Shown: positions 29,174 to 38,149 of the stretch, piece after piece
Layout: every line of letters starts with the position of its first letter
Position numbering within the stretch: the first letter of the stretch is position 1
Position numbers and translations under genes: made by a program
Assembly: GCA_034433165.1 (NCBI GenBank)
Contig: DAOUAP010000035.1
Span: forward strand, 17,619-81,618
Direction: 5' to 3'
Length of the DNA: 64,000 nt
Source of the DNA: Anaerolineales bacterium
GTDB taxonomy: Bacteria; Chloroflexota; Anaerolineae; Anaerolineales; Villigracilaceae
Notes under the pieces: model-generated
What the model saw: the letters and a program-made list of their open reading frames with translations, nothing else
Told to the model about the DNA's origin: nothing
Databases searched by the model: none

Positions 29174-30379
29174 CTAGTTCCAGTCTGCTTCGTTGTAGGC
29201 GGGCAGTTCGCAGCGCAGCGGACGGTCGCTGCGCTCGCCCAGGGCATAACCTGCCTGGATGAGTGTCTGGATCTCGCTGGAGCCTTCGTAGATGACAGCG
29301 CCCTTGGCGTTGCGCAGGTAGCGCTCCACCGGGTACTCGTCGCTGAACCCGTACGCGCCATGGATTTGAATGGCCTCGTTGGCCGCGTTGAACGAGGCCT
29401 CGGTGGCAAATTTCTTGGCAAATGAGGTTTCGCGCGTATTGCGCTTGCCTGTGTTCTTCATCCAGCCCACCTGCAGGTACAACAGGCGCGCAATCTCGTA
29501 ATCCTGCGACATTTTGGCAATCTTTTCCTGGATGAGCTGGTAGGCGGCAATGGGGCTGCCAAATGCGCTGCGCTCGCGGGCGTACTTCACGCTGGCTTCC
29601 ATTGAAGCGCGGATGAGCCCGGTGGCGCCCGCAGCCACGGTGTAACGCCCGTGGTCGAAGCCGGTCATGGTGATTTTGAAGCCTTCGCCCTCTTCACCGA
29701 TGCGGTTTTCAAGCGGCACGCGCACATTATCGAACCTGAGCCAGCCGGTCGAGCCGGCCCGCACGCCCAGCTTGCCGTGCAGGTCGCCGCGCGTCACGCC
29801 CGGCGCGGCCAGGTCCACAATGAAGGTGGACAGCGCCTCGGAGGGTTTCGCCGGGTTCGGGTCGGTGCGCACCGTCACCATGGCCAGGTCGGCCTTCGTG
29901 GCCAGCGAGATCCACATTTTTTCGCCATTGAGGATGTAGGCGTCGCCATCCCGTTTGGCGGAGGCGCGCATGGCGGCCACATCGGACCCCATGCCGGGCT
30001 CCGTGAACGCCCCGCACCCGATCTTTTCTCCGCGCGCGAGCGGCGCCAGGAAACGTTGCTTCTGCGCCTCGCTGCCCCATTGGAAGAGCGTCAGCCCGCA
30101 CAGCCCCACATGCACCGACATGGCCACGCGCAGGTGGGTATCGACCGCCTCAAGTTCTTCGCAGGCCAGCCCGAGCGAGATGAAATCCATGCCCTGCCCG
30201 CCGTAGCGCACCGGGAAACACAGCCCCAAAATGCCCAACTCGCCCATGCGGCGCAGCGAGAACGGCACCGGCTCCTGCTTGCGGTCATATTCGGCGATGA
30301 TGGGCGCGATCTCTTTCTGGGCAAAATCGCGCACCATTTTTTGCGCCATCACGTGCTCTTGTGAAAGTGAAAAATCCAT
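29174..30379 (-). CDS. acyl-CoA dehydrogenase
   Basis: 401 aa. CGAFTEPGMGSD and the C-terminal YEGSSEIQ catalytic-Glu segment. Short C-terminal extension. Confidence 0.92.
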   Translation of the reverse strand: MDFSLSQEHVMAQKMVRDFAQKEIAPIIAEYDRKQEPVPFSLRRMGELGILGLCFPVRYGGQGMDFISLGLACEELEAVDTHLRVAMSVHVGLCGLTLFQWGSEAQKQRFLAPLARGEKIGCGAFTEPGMGSDVAAMRASAKRDGDAYILNGEKMWISLATKADLAMVTVRTDPNPAKPSEALSTFIVDLAAPGVTRGDLHGKLGVRAGSTGWLRFDNVRVPLENRIGEEGEGFKITMTGFDHGRYTVAAGATGLIRASMEASVKYARERSAFGSPIAAYQLIQEKIAKMSQDYEIARLLYLQVGWMKNTGKRNTRETSFAKKFATEASFNAANEAIQIHGAYGFSDEYPVERYLRNAKGAVIYEGSSEIQTLIQAGYALGERSDRPLRCELPAYNEADWN

Positions 30380-30396
30380 GACATGCTCCTGTATGT

Positions 30397-30430
30397 ATTA
30401 TATCAAACCTACCAACCGTTCGGTAGGTTT
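30397..30430 (-). promoter_or_regulatory. extended -10 promoter (TGaTATAAT) abutting a 9-bp-arm palindrome; candidate operator of the acd-etf operon
   Basis: Minus strand reads GGTAGGTTTGATATAATacatacAGGAGcatgtcATG. Palindrome AAACCTACC(30405-30413)-N8-GGTAGGTTT(30422-30430). No good -35. Confidence 0.4.
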
Positions 30431-30622
30431 TTCTGACGCGTAGATGTTTGGAATCATTTTACCCGGGGCTTTTCCCAAATCATACAGAGCTAACCGCCAA
30501 GGTAGCCAAGCGAGCACAGTCCGCCAGTTTTTTTGATTTTCTTGGCGCCACTTTACAAAACATGGCGTTCTTGGCGGTAAAGGATTAACTTTAATCACAC
30601 CCTGTCATTTTATATACGCAGG

Positions 30623-30650
30623 TTGACAAAACCGTGAAAATGGATACAAT
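30623..30650 (+). promoter_or_regulatory. near-consensus sigma70 promoter of tRNA-Leu
   Basis: TTGACA (30623-30628), a 16-nt spacer, and TACAAT (30645-30650), about 35 nt upstream of the tRNA 5-prime end. Confidence 0.55.
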
Positions 30651-30685
30651 ACATCTCGCTCTACCCAGAGCGCCGAAAAACTGAT

Positions 30686-30770
<85 letters not shown>

Positions 30771-30774
30771 ACCG

Positions 30775-30802
30775 GGGGCTGTCCGAAAGGGCAGCCCCTT
30801 TT
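30775..30802 (+). terminator. intrinsic terminator after tRNA-Leu
   Basis: GGGGCTGTCC-GAAA-GGGCAGCCCC (one G-U pair) followed by TTTT. Confidence 0.6.
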
Positions 30803-30934
30803 CGTTAAGACCTGCGCCGCGGCTTTCTTAACGTGGTGGCGCGTCGCACCCAACGCACAGTGAACTTTACGAAAGCCCAGAGACCCGCATACACGGGTCT
30901 TTTATATTCTCCCACTACTGGGTAAAATAGATTT

Positions 30935-31321
30935 ATGAAAATCGGACCTGTTGAAGTAAAGCTGGAACGGATTTTTCTTTTTGCGGTGCTGGCGGTTGTG
31001 CTCTTCCTGGTCATGGATTTTAACGCCCGCCTCGAAGATCTGAACCGCAAACAAGACAAACTCAATGAAGCCGCTGCGCGCACCACTGCGCTGATACAGA
31101 CCCAGTCGGCCCTGCAAACCCAGGTGGCTTATGCCGGTTCCAATGAGGCCGCCGAGGACTGGGCGCGCAGCCAGGCTGGCATGGCGCAGCCGGGGGACAA
31201 CCCGGTCGTGCCGCTGCCTGCGCCAAACACAACCCCCATCGCCGAAAATACCATGCCCCAGCCCACTCCCACGCCCTTCACCCGCTGGGATTTTTGGATG
31301 CAGTTGCTTTTTGGGGATTAA
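30935..31321 (+). CDS. septum formation initiator (FtsB/DivIC-like) family protein
   Basis: 128 aa. N-terminal TM (IFLFAVLAVVLFLVMDF) followed by a coiled-coil segment (ARLEDLNRKQDKLNEAAARTTALIQTQSALQTQV), then a Pro-rich tail. Confidence 0.5.
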   Translation: MKIGPVEVKLERIFLFAVLAVVLFLVMDFNARLEDLNRKQDKLNEAAARTTALIQTQSALQTQVAYAGSNEAAEDWARSQAGMAQPGDNPVVPLPAPNTTPIAENTMPQPTPTPFTRWDFWMQLLFGD

Positions 31322-31367
31322 ACAACCCTGAGCGATATGATCCGTTTCCACCCACCATCCGTATTGA

Positions 31368-31397
31368 AAACACCCGCCTGAACAGTGGCGGGTGTTT
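31368..31397. terminator. bidirectional intrinsic terminator
   Basis: AAACACCCGCC (31368-31378) pairs with GGCGGGTGTTT (31387-31397), between convergent genes. Confidence 0.6.
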
Positions 31398-31435
31398 GAT
31401 TTTGCCAGCGGGGCTGCGTCATCGATACTTTTACA

Positions 31436-32608
31436 TTAGATTGGCCGCAGTGCGCCGGTATGCACTTTGATTGCCTTCTGGGAGATTTCGGCGGCTGCCT
31501 GCTTGAGGATCATGCTGGTCGTATCGGTGGGGAATTTGGTGGCGACCGGCACATGCAGGTTGTTTGCCAGGGTGAAGTTTTCCATCATGTAGGGTACAGT
31601 GATGCGAATTTCAATACCAATCTGCCCTTCTGCTTCCGTCTTCGACATACCCTGCAACCCCACCGCTCGGTTGAGGATGGGATAGATGCGGGTGCGGTCC
31701 ACACCCTGCGACAGCAGGTAAGCCAGCATGCGTTTGGTCAACTGCACAGAGCTTGTATCGGTGCCCACCACCAGCGCCACCGCCTCCGCCTTCTGGATGA
31801 GCGGCATGCTGATGCGCGAGAGTGTGCGCCCGAAATCGATCACCAGGTAGTTGAAGGCCTGGCGCATGCCAGCCACAAGATCGGGGATGCGCTCGGCATG
31901 TAAGCGGGAGGCAAGGTCTGGGTTGGGTGCGCCGGGCAGCAGGTGAAAACCCCAGCCGTGTGGCACCATCAGCGTCTTACGGAAGAAATCGCCATTTACC
32001 TCTGCCTGGGACATCTGGCTGGCTTCGACCACGCTGAATTTTTCCTCGGCGCCTACAATGGAGGCAATCGATCCCATAGGCAGCACCATGTCGAGCATGC
32101 TCACCGTCGATTGGGTCATGCTAAAGGCCAGGCTTTGGGCCACGTTGGCGCACAGCGATGAGGTGCCTACACCACCTTTGGCGCTCAGGAAGACACACAA
32201 CAGACCCTTGTCATCCTTTTTCTGTTTGTTGGCGCTCTCGAAAAGCAAGCGCGGCACAGATTCGGCTACGCCAAGCGCAGCCATGCCAGATTTGCCGAAG
32301 TATTCGTTGTAACCGGCCTTGATGCAACGCTCCATTTCGTCCGGCTCGTTTTGGTTGCTGATGGCGATGATGGGCGTCAGCCCAAAGCGCGGGTCGCGCC
32401 TGAAGTGCTGCACAAACTCCACTGGTCCATAGTCTGGCAGGGTGGTATCGCAAATGATGACGCTTGGCAGGTAATCGTTGGAGCGCATGATGCCATCTTT
32501 GCCGTTGGGCGAAGTGAACACCTTGTATCCCCGCTTGCGCAATAATTGGGCCAGCAAATTGCGGCTGGCTTCGTCCGAGTCGATGAGCAGGACAACGATA
32601 TCAGACAT
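31436..32608 (-). CDS. response-regulator receiver fused to CpaE/TadZ-like (MinD/ParA-type) ATPase
   Basis: ATG 32608 (MSDIVVLLIDSDE...) is preferred over the ORF-track start at 32632. Receiver residues are present (DSDE, VIICD, IIAIS, GK). Deviant Walker A SAKGGVGTSS has the signature Lys, but the GK[ST] Lys is replaced by Thr, as I recall for CpaE/TadZ proteins. Confidence 0.75.
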   Translation of the reverse strand: MSDIVVLLIDSDEASRNLLAQLLRKRGYKVFTSPNGKDGIMRSNDYLPSVIICDTTLPDYGPVEFVQHFRRDPRFGLTPIIAISNQNEPDEMERCIKAGYNEYFGKSGMAALGVAESVPRLLFESANKQKKDDKGLLCVFLSAKGGVGTSSLCANVAQSLAFSMTQSTVSMLDMVLPMGSIASIVGAEEKFSVVEASQMSQAEVNGDFFRKTLMVPHGWGFHLLPGAPNPDLASRLHAERIPDLVAGMRQAFNYLVIDFGRTLSRISMPLIQKAEAVALVVGTDTSSVQLTKRMLAYLLSQGVDRTRIYPILNRAVGLQGMSKTEAEGQIGIEIRITVPYMMENFTLANNLHVPVATKFPTDTTSMILKQAAAEISQKAIKVHTGALRPI

Positions 32609-32738
32609 GCAATTTCCTTTCTGACAAGGCAATAATTACGTGTGAATAATCTCTCTTAGTCTATACCAAAAAGATGAACGGAGTCAATCAAATTGGGAAT
32701 CACGTATGCGCTTGCAAGGAATCGGGGGTATTGCGCCG

Positions 32739-33401
32739 CTAATCGAGCGTGAGCAGGTGTCCGTTTTTCTTCAGCCAATCGCGGTGCGCGCGATAATCGG
32801 GCAGCATTGCTTCAACCTGCGACCAGAAAGCGGGCGAATGGTTGTGCACCTGAAGGTGGGCCAGTTCGTGAATGACCACGTAATCGATCACATCGAGCGG
32901 GGCCATCACCAGCCGCCAGGTGAAACTGAGCGTGCCCTTGCTGCTGCACGACCCCCAGCGTGTGCGCGCCGAACTGATGCGAATGGATTGAACCCTTAAT
33001 CCGAACTGTGCGGCATAGATTTTTACCCGCTGTGCCAGCACATCGGCAGCACGGGCGCGGTACCAGCGTTCGAAAACCTGGCGGGCGCGAGGCAAGGCCG
33101 CCTGCGCCAACAAAAATGCAGACCCCAGCCGCAAGGCAGGGCGCTGCACATCCGACACTTCGAGCGGGTAAGGCTGCCCCAGGAAGAGGAACCGCTCTCC
33201 GGGTACGAACTGCTTGGGCGTGTGCATTTGGCGCGCGAGTTGGGCCTGCTTGCTGGTGATCCAGCTTTGTTTGCTTTCAACAAAGGCGCGTATGGCGCGC
33301 TCCGGAAGTCGCAACGGGGCGCGCACCTCCACCTGACCATTGCTGTGTACAATGATGGAAATTGTTTTACGTGCCGAACGCGTGAGGGTATAAGCTGCCA
33401 T
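32739..33401 (-). CDS. YgjP-like (DUF45/M48-type) zinc metallohydrolase
   Basis: WGSCSSKGTLSFTWRLVMAP...VVIHELAHLQVHNHSPAFW (HExxH). Confidence 0.85.
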   Translation of the reverse strand: MAAYTLTRSARKTISIIVHSNGQVEVRAPLRLPERAIRAFVESKQSWITSKQAQLARQMHTPKQFVPGERFLFLGQPYPLEVSDVQRPALRLGSAFLLAQAALPRARQVFERWYRARAADVLAQRVKIYAAQFGLRVQSIRISSARTRWGSCSSKGTLSFTWRLVMAPLDVIDYVVIHELAHLQVHNHSPAFWSQVEAMLPDYRAHRDWLKKNGHLLTLD

Positions 33402-33486
33402 ACCTGTAAAACATGCGCCGCCTGCCCGGCATCAGTTGGGAACAGGCGGGCGCGATAAAGTCAGGAGAACCTGGAGGATATGCAAA

Positions 33487-35238
33487 TCACCTGACAAACA
33501 GGATGGCTTCATCGGCTGGAATGTCGTTGAGTACCACCCCAATAATGTTGGCGCCAGCCCAGGTGAGTTGATTCACCATCAGGCGGGTTACCTCGGGTGC
33601 GGTTTGTCCGGCGCGGATGACCAATATCACGCCATCTGCCTTGGCGGCAATAACCTGGGCATTGGCATCGGTAAGCGGCGGCCCATCCACGATTACCAGG
33701 TCGCCCAGCGGCTTGAACTTTTCGAGCAGTTCCTGCATTTTATCGCCATTGAGCAGCCCGAGCAGCTGGTTGCTCTGGCTGCCCGCAGTGATCAGAACCA
33801 GCCCGGGGTACGCAGCGGGATGGGTGATGCTTTCTTCAATGCTGGTCATGTCGCGCAGCAGGTTGCTCAATCCGTAGTTGTTTTCGATGCCCCACAGGGT
33901 GTGTAAATGGGGCTTGCGCAAGTCGGCATCCACCAGGGCGATATTTTTCCCGCTTTGGATGAACGCCCCGCTCAAGTTGGATGCCACGGTTGTTTTGCCG
34001 GAATCGGCATCGACGCTGGTGATGAGCAAGGTGCGGAGCGGTTTACTGGCATGCGCCAGACTGATATTGGATTGTAATGACCTGAACGCATCACTGATGG
34101 ATGAAAGCGGTTTTTGGACAACAAAAAGGCTCCCGGGCGCCATTTTTTTTATTTCCGGTATGTAGCCAATGGTAGGCAGCCCACACGCAGCCAGAACGTC
34201 TTCGGGGGTTTTAATGGAAATGTTCGGAATTTCCAGCAGGTAAACCAGGGCAGCTGATCCAATAAGCCCGATTATGCCGCCAAAGGCAATGTTTTGGAGC
34301 GGGCGGGGGCGCACAGGGCGGGTGGAAGGCTCGGCCTCTTCAAGAAGCACCAATCCCGGGGTATTTTGAAGCCGGACGAGGCGCAGGGATTCCATATTGT
34401 TCATCAGGCTCAGGTTCATTTGCTGATACATGCTGAGCGTGGATTGCAACTGGGCAATCTTGGGGTCGCGCGTATCAACCCCGGAGGTGGAAGGGCTACC
34501 CAGGAAGATGAGGTTGGCGCGAATCTGCTCATATTGGTAGAGCACAGGCTGCAACAGGTCGAGGGTGGCTTTTTTCTCGTTAAGCTCGATGCGATTTTGG
34601 GCAGTCAGCGGGGGGTCAAGCCGGGCAATATCCTTTTGCAGGATTGAAATTTCATCACGCAGCGTTGCGATTTGGGCATCCACTTCCTTGATCTGGTCTT
34701 CTACGCCTTTTTCGTAAATCTGGTCCAACTGCGCCTGCACCGTTTCAATTTGTTGCTGGATCTGTTCGCTTTGCAATTGCAGGGCTTCTTCAGTGGCGGC
34801 ATAGCGCCCTGCCTGGAGGGCTTCATTTTGCACTGCCATCACTTGTACCAGCGCATTGGCCACCCGGGCGGCGGTTTCCGGGTCGGTATCTGCTACGGTG
34901 ATTTGAATAATTTGCGTGTCGAGAATCTGCTCAACCTGGATGGAGCCCAGGTTGTTGGCGTCGTACCGCACACCGGTTTCGACGTACACTTGGTCAAGAA
35001 TGGGCTTGCTTTTGAATAACTGAATGTAAGTTTGGACAAGCTGCTGGTCGGTGAGGTAGTACATCGTGTCGGTTTCTGTCTCCTGACGGGTGCGGGTGGC
35101 AAGCACCTTGGTGGAGGCTGTATAAACCGGTGTTTGAAAGATGCTCAATACCACGCCGCCTACCAATCCGAGCAGGAAACCAATAATAATGAGCCACAAC
35201 CAGCGCTTGAGAATGATAAATAAACGCTTTAATTCCAT
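33487..35238 (-). CDS. polysaccharide chain-length determinant (Wzz) fused to BY-kinase-like P-loop ATPase
   Basis: N-terminal TM + Wzz-like region, long coiled coil, second TM. Walker A DADSGKTT, A-prime VDADLRKP, B VIVDGPP. No C-terminal Tyr cluster. Confidence 0.85.
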   Translation of the reverse strand: MELKRLFIILKRWLWLIIIGFLLGLVGGVVLSIFQTPVYTASTKVLATRTRQETETDTMYYLTDQQLVQTYIQLFKSKPILDQVYVETGVRYDANNLGSIQVEQILDTQIIQITVADTDPETAARVANALVQVMAVQNEALQAGRYAATEEALQLQSEQIQQQIETVQAQLDQIYEKGVEDQIKEVDAQIATLRDEISILQKDIARLDPPLTAQNRIELNEKKATLDLLQPVLYQYEQIRANLIFLGSPSTSGVDTRDPKIAQLQSTLSMYQQMNLSLMNNMESLRLVRLQNTPGLVLLEEAEPSTRPVRPRPLQNIAFGGIIGLIGSAALVYLLEIPNISIKTPEDVLAACGLPTIGYIPEIKKMAPGSLFVVQKPLSSISDAFRSLQSNISLAHASKPLRTLLITSVDADSGKTTVASNLSGAFIQSGKNIALVDADLRKPHLHTLWGIENNYGLSNLLRDMTSIEESITHPAAYPGLVLITAGSQSNQLLGLLNGDKMQELLEKFKPLGDLVIVDGPPLTDANAQVIAAKADGVILVIRAGQTAPEVTRLMVNQLTWAGANIIGVVLNDIPADEAILFVR

Positions 35239-35264
35239 AGGAGGGGGTCCTTTAAGAGCCGGGC

Positions 35265-36392
35265 TTACAGATTTTTCCGGACTGCCTGTACAACGGACAA
35301 AACATCTTCTTGTGAAAGGCGCGGATACAGCGGCAATGTTACCTCGCGCTCCACCACTGACTCGGTGACAGGCAAGCTGGTGTGGGTATATTGGTTGTAT
35401 GCAGAAAAGTGATGAATGGGCGGGTAATGAATACTGGTTTGTATGCCGCTTTCTTTCATGCGGTCCATAAATGCACGCCGGTCTACGCCGGCTGGCAGCA
35501 ACACAGGCATGATATGAGCTGCCGTAACACCCCGATGAGATTCAAAAGGAGCCAATACCTGGGGCGCAAGCTCTTGCAGGGTTTCACGATACTGTTGTAC
35601 CAGTTGCCTGCGACGCTCATTGAAGTGATCCAGCTTTTTCAGTTGCTCCAGCCCAAGTGCGGCGCGGATTTCATCAATGCGATAATTATAGCCGAGTTCA
35701 ACCACATCATAACTCCAGGCATGTCCCCGGTGGCGGTCCCAGGTCAGGCTTGTCATGCCGTGCGAGCGGAACAGGCGCAGTTTTTCATACAAGGCATCGT
35801 CGTTGGTAGTGACCATGCCGCCTTCGCCGGTGGTCATATTTTTGTTGGAAAAGAAACTGAAGCAGCCAATATGCCCCCACGTGCCCAGGTGGCGCGAATC
35901 GAGCCACGCGCCAGCGGCATGGGCGGCATCTTCGATCACGCTGAGTCCGTGCTTTTCTGCCAGAGAGAGGATTCCCGGCATGTCGCACGCATATCCGCCA
36001 TAGTGCACCACAATGATGGCGCGGGTACGCCCGGTAATGCAGGATTCGATCGATTCGGGCGATATGTTCAAGTTGCGCTCGCTGACGATATCGGCAAAGA
36101 CGGGGGTGGCGCCGGTATAGCGCACGGCATTGGCTGTGGCAACAAATGTAAGCGACGGCAAGATCACTTCATCACCGGGTTGAAGCCCCAGGGCAAGGCA
36201 AGCCATGTGCAGCCCGTCTGTGCAATTGGATACAGCCAGGGCGTGTTTTGCGCCGGTATACTGCGCAAACGCGGTTTCAAAACCCTGGGTGACACTGCCC
36301 ATGGTCAGCCATCCGCTTTGCAGCACGGACTGTACAGCCTGCATTTCTTCAGGTCCAAAGGATATATCAGAAAGTGGGATGCGCCAGTTCAT
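35265..36392 (-). CDS. DegT/DnrJ/EryC1/StrS-family sugar aminotransferase
   Basis: ATG 36392 (MNWRIPLSDISFGPEE...) is preferred over 36500, which would overlap the upstream gene. PLP-Lys segment FSFFSNKNMTTGEGGMV. Confidence 0.9.
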   Translation of the reverse strand: MNWRIPLSDISFGPEEMQAVQSVLQSGWLTMGSVTQGFETAFAQYTGAKHALAVSNCTDGLHMACLALGLQPGDEVILPSLTFVATANAVRYTGATPVFADIVSERNLNISPESIESCITGRTRAIIVVHYGGYACDMPGILSLAEKHGLSVIEDAAHAAGAWLDSRHLGTWGHIGCFSFFSNKNMTTGEGGMVTTNDDALYEKLRLFRSHGMTSLTWDRHRGHAWSYDVVELGYNYRIDEIRAALGLEQLKKLDHFNERRRQLVQQYRETLQELAPQVLAPFESHRGVTAAHIMPVLLPAGVDRRAFMDRMKESGIQTSIHYPPIHHFSAYNQYTHTSLPVTESVVEREVTLPLYPRLSQEDVLSVVQAVRKNL

Positions 36393-36399
36393 CTTGTCA

Positions 36400-37113
36400 T
36401 TAATCCATTTCTGGCAAGAACTGGCCGCGCATGTTCTCGAAATCCTGGGCTGCCACTTCGTAATCATCGGGGCGCCCCAGATCTTGCCAATAGCCTTCAA
36501 AGTTGTAACCTACCACCTTTTCCCCGGCGGAAATCAAAATGCGCACCAGGTCGGGGAAATCAAGGTATTCGCCGCGTGGTATGTACTGAATAACGCGCGG
36601 TTCGAACACATAAATACCCATGCTGACAGAGTAATCATAGGTGGGTTTTTCGATGTAACCGGTGATGCGCGACGTGCCGTCCCATTGAATGACGCCCAGG
36701 TCTATTTTTACCTGGCGATGGTGCACAGCAATGGTGGCTGCGGCCTCGTTTTCGCGGTGAAAGTGAATGAGTTCACGCAGGGGCAGGGTTGTGAGGACAT
36801 CGCCATTGGAAACCAGGAATGTATCATCCAGTCCATCGATCAGCGCAATGGGCCCGGCTGTGCCGAGCGGTTTTTCTTCGTAACTGTAATCGATGTGGGC
36901 GCCCCACTGGCTGCCATCTTGGAAAAAGGTGCGCAACAAGGTGGAAAGGTGCCCAACAGTCAGGATGAAGTGATCGACCCCGGCAAATTTCATTTGCCTC
37001 AAGATCACTTCGAGGATGGGCATCTCCCCAATGGGCATGAGAGGTTTAGGGAGGATTTTGGTGTAAGGTGCCAGGCGGGTTCCCTTACCGCCGGCCAAGA
37101 TGACCGCTTTCAT
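36400..37113 (-). CDS. sugar-phosphate nucleotidyltransferase
   Basis: MKAVILAGGKGTRLAPYTKILPKPLMPIG N-terminal NTP-transferase signature. Confidence 0.88.
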   Translation of the reverse strand: MKAVILAGGKGTRLAPYTKILPKPLMPIGEMPILEVILRQMKFAGVDHFILTVGHLSTLLRTFFQDGSQWGAHIDYSYEEKPLGTAGPIALIDGLDDTFLVSNGDVLTTLPLRELIHFHRENEAAATIAVHHRQVKIDLGVIQWDGTSRITGYIEKPTYDYSVSMGIYVFEPRVIQYIPRGEYLDFPDLVRILISAGEKVVGYNFEGYWQDLGRPDDYEVAAQDFENMRGQFLPEMD

Positions 37114-37132
37114 TTGTAATCACCTCTGGCTG

Positions 37133-38125
37133 CTAGACTTCGTAAACCCCAACCCGAAAACGTGCCAGGTTGGCGCGCACCCATGCGATGGTATGATCAA
37201 TGCCCTCTTCGAGGGTCACCTGCGGTGCCCAGCCCAGGCGATGCCGGGCCAGGGTGTTGTCTGAAAGCAACCGCATCACTTCAGAGTCTGCAGGGCGCAG
37301 GCGAGCAGAGTCCAGTTCAATTTTGGCACCGCTCCCGGTTTTGGCAACGATCAACTGCGCCAGGTGGCCAATCGTCACTTCGCGACCGGTACCGAGGTTG
37401 ATGGTCATGCCTTCAACATTATCAGACAGGGCGGCCTTGATGAAACCTTCCACCGTATCTGTTACATAAGTGAAATCACGGGTTGCATCCTGATTTCCCA
37501 GGCGAATGGTATCGTTAGCCAAGGCCTGGGTGATGATGGTGGGAATAACCGCCCTCGCCGACTGACGCGGCCCGAACGTGTTGAATGGGCGTACCGTAAC
37601 TGCCGGTAAGCTAAAAGAACAGTGAAAACTTTCCACCAGTTTATCAGCGCCAATTTTGCTGGCCGAGTAAGGCGATTGCCCTTGCAATGGGTGCGGTTCA
37701 TCGATTGGGGCATAGCGGGCAGTGCCGTACACTTCGCTTGTAGAGGTATGCACCAGGCGCGCTATGCCCTGGTTACGGCAGGCCAGCAGCATGTTCATGG
37801 TGCCCATTACATTCGTTTCTGCTACTTCGTAAGGATGCTGGTAAGAGTAAGGGATGGCAATGAGCGCACCAAGGTGAAATACGATGTCGCACCCCCTGAC
37901 AGATTGGCTGACAGCGTGTGGATCGCGCAGGTCGCCAGACGTCACCTCTACCCCGGCACGGGTTTTTTCATCAACGAGCGCCAGCAGCCCCGGGTCGTTG
38001 CGCGCATTGTAGCGCACAAAGGCGCGCACCATTGCGCCCAGTTGTACAAGCCGCTCTACCAGATGACTGCCAATAAAACCACCCGCGCCGGTGACGAGCA
38101 CGCGCTTGCTTTCTAAAGTGTGCAT
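37133..38125 (-). CDS. NAD-dependent sugar epimerase/dehydratase (extended SDR)
   Basis: VLVTGAGGFIGSHL and the catalytic YSASK. Confidence 0.9.
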   Translation of the reverse strand: MHTLESKRVLVTGAGGFIGSHLVERLVQLGAMVRAFVRYNARNDPGLLALVDEKTRAGVEVTSGDLRDPHAVSQSVRGCDIVFHLGALIAIPYSYQHPYEVAETNVMGTMNMLLACRNQGIARLVHTSTSEVYGTARYAPIDEPHPLQGQSPYSASKIGADKLVESFHCSFSLPAVTVRPFNTFGPRQSARAVIPTIITQALANDTIRLGNQDATRDFTYVTDTVEGFIKAALSDNVEGMTINLGTGREVTIGHLAQLIVAKTGSGAKIELDSARLRPADSEVMRLLSDNTLARHRLGWAPQVTLEEGIDHTIAWVRANLARFRVGVYEV

Positions 38126-38149
38126 CGGTGTATTCCCAAGGTTTTGAGT

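Noticed and set aside
30398-30598. 66-aa minus-strand ORF between acd and tRNA-Leu.
   Set aside because: It would start inside the tRNA promoter region and overlap the acd promoter and palindrome. It has no RBS and a Trp/Pro/Lys-rich, improbable sequence.
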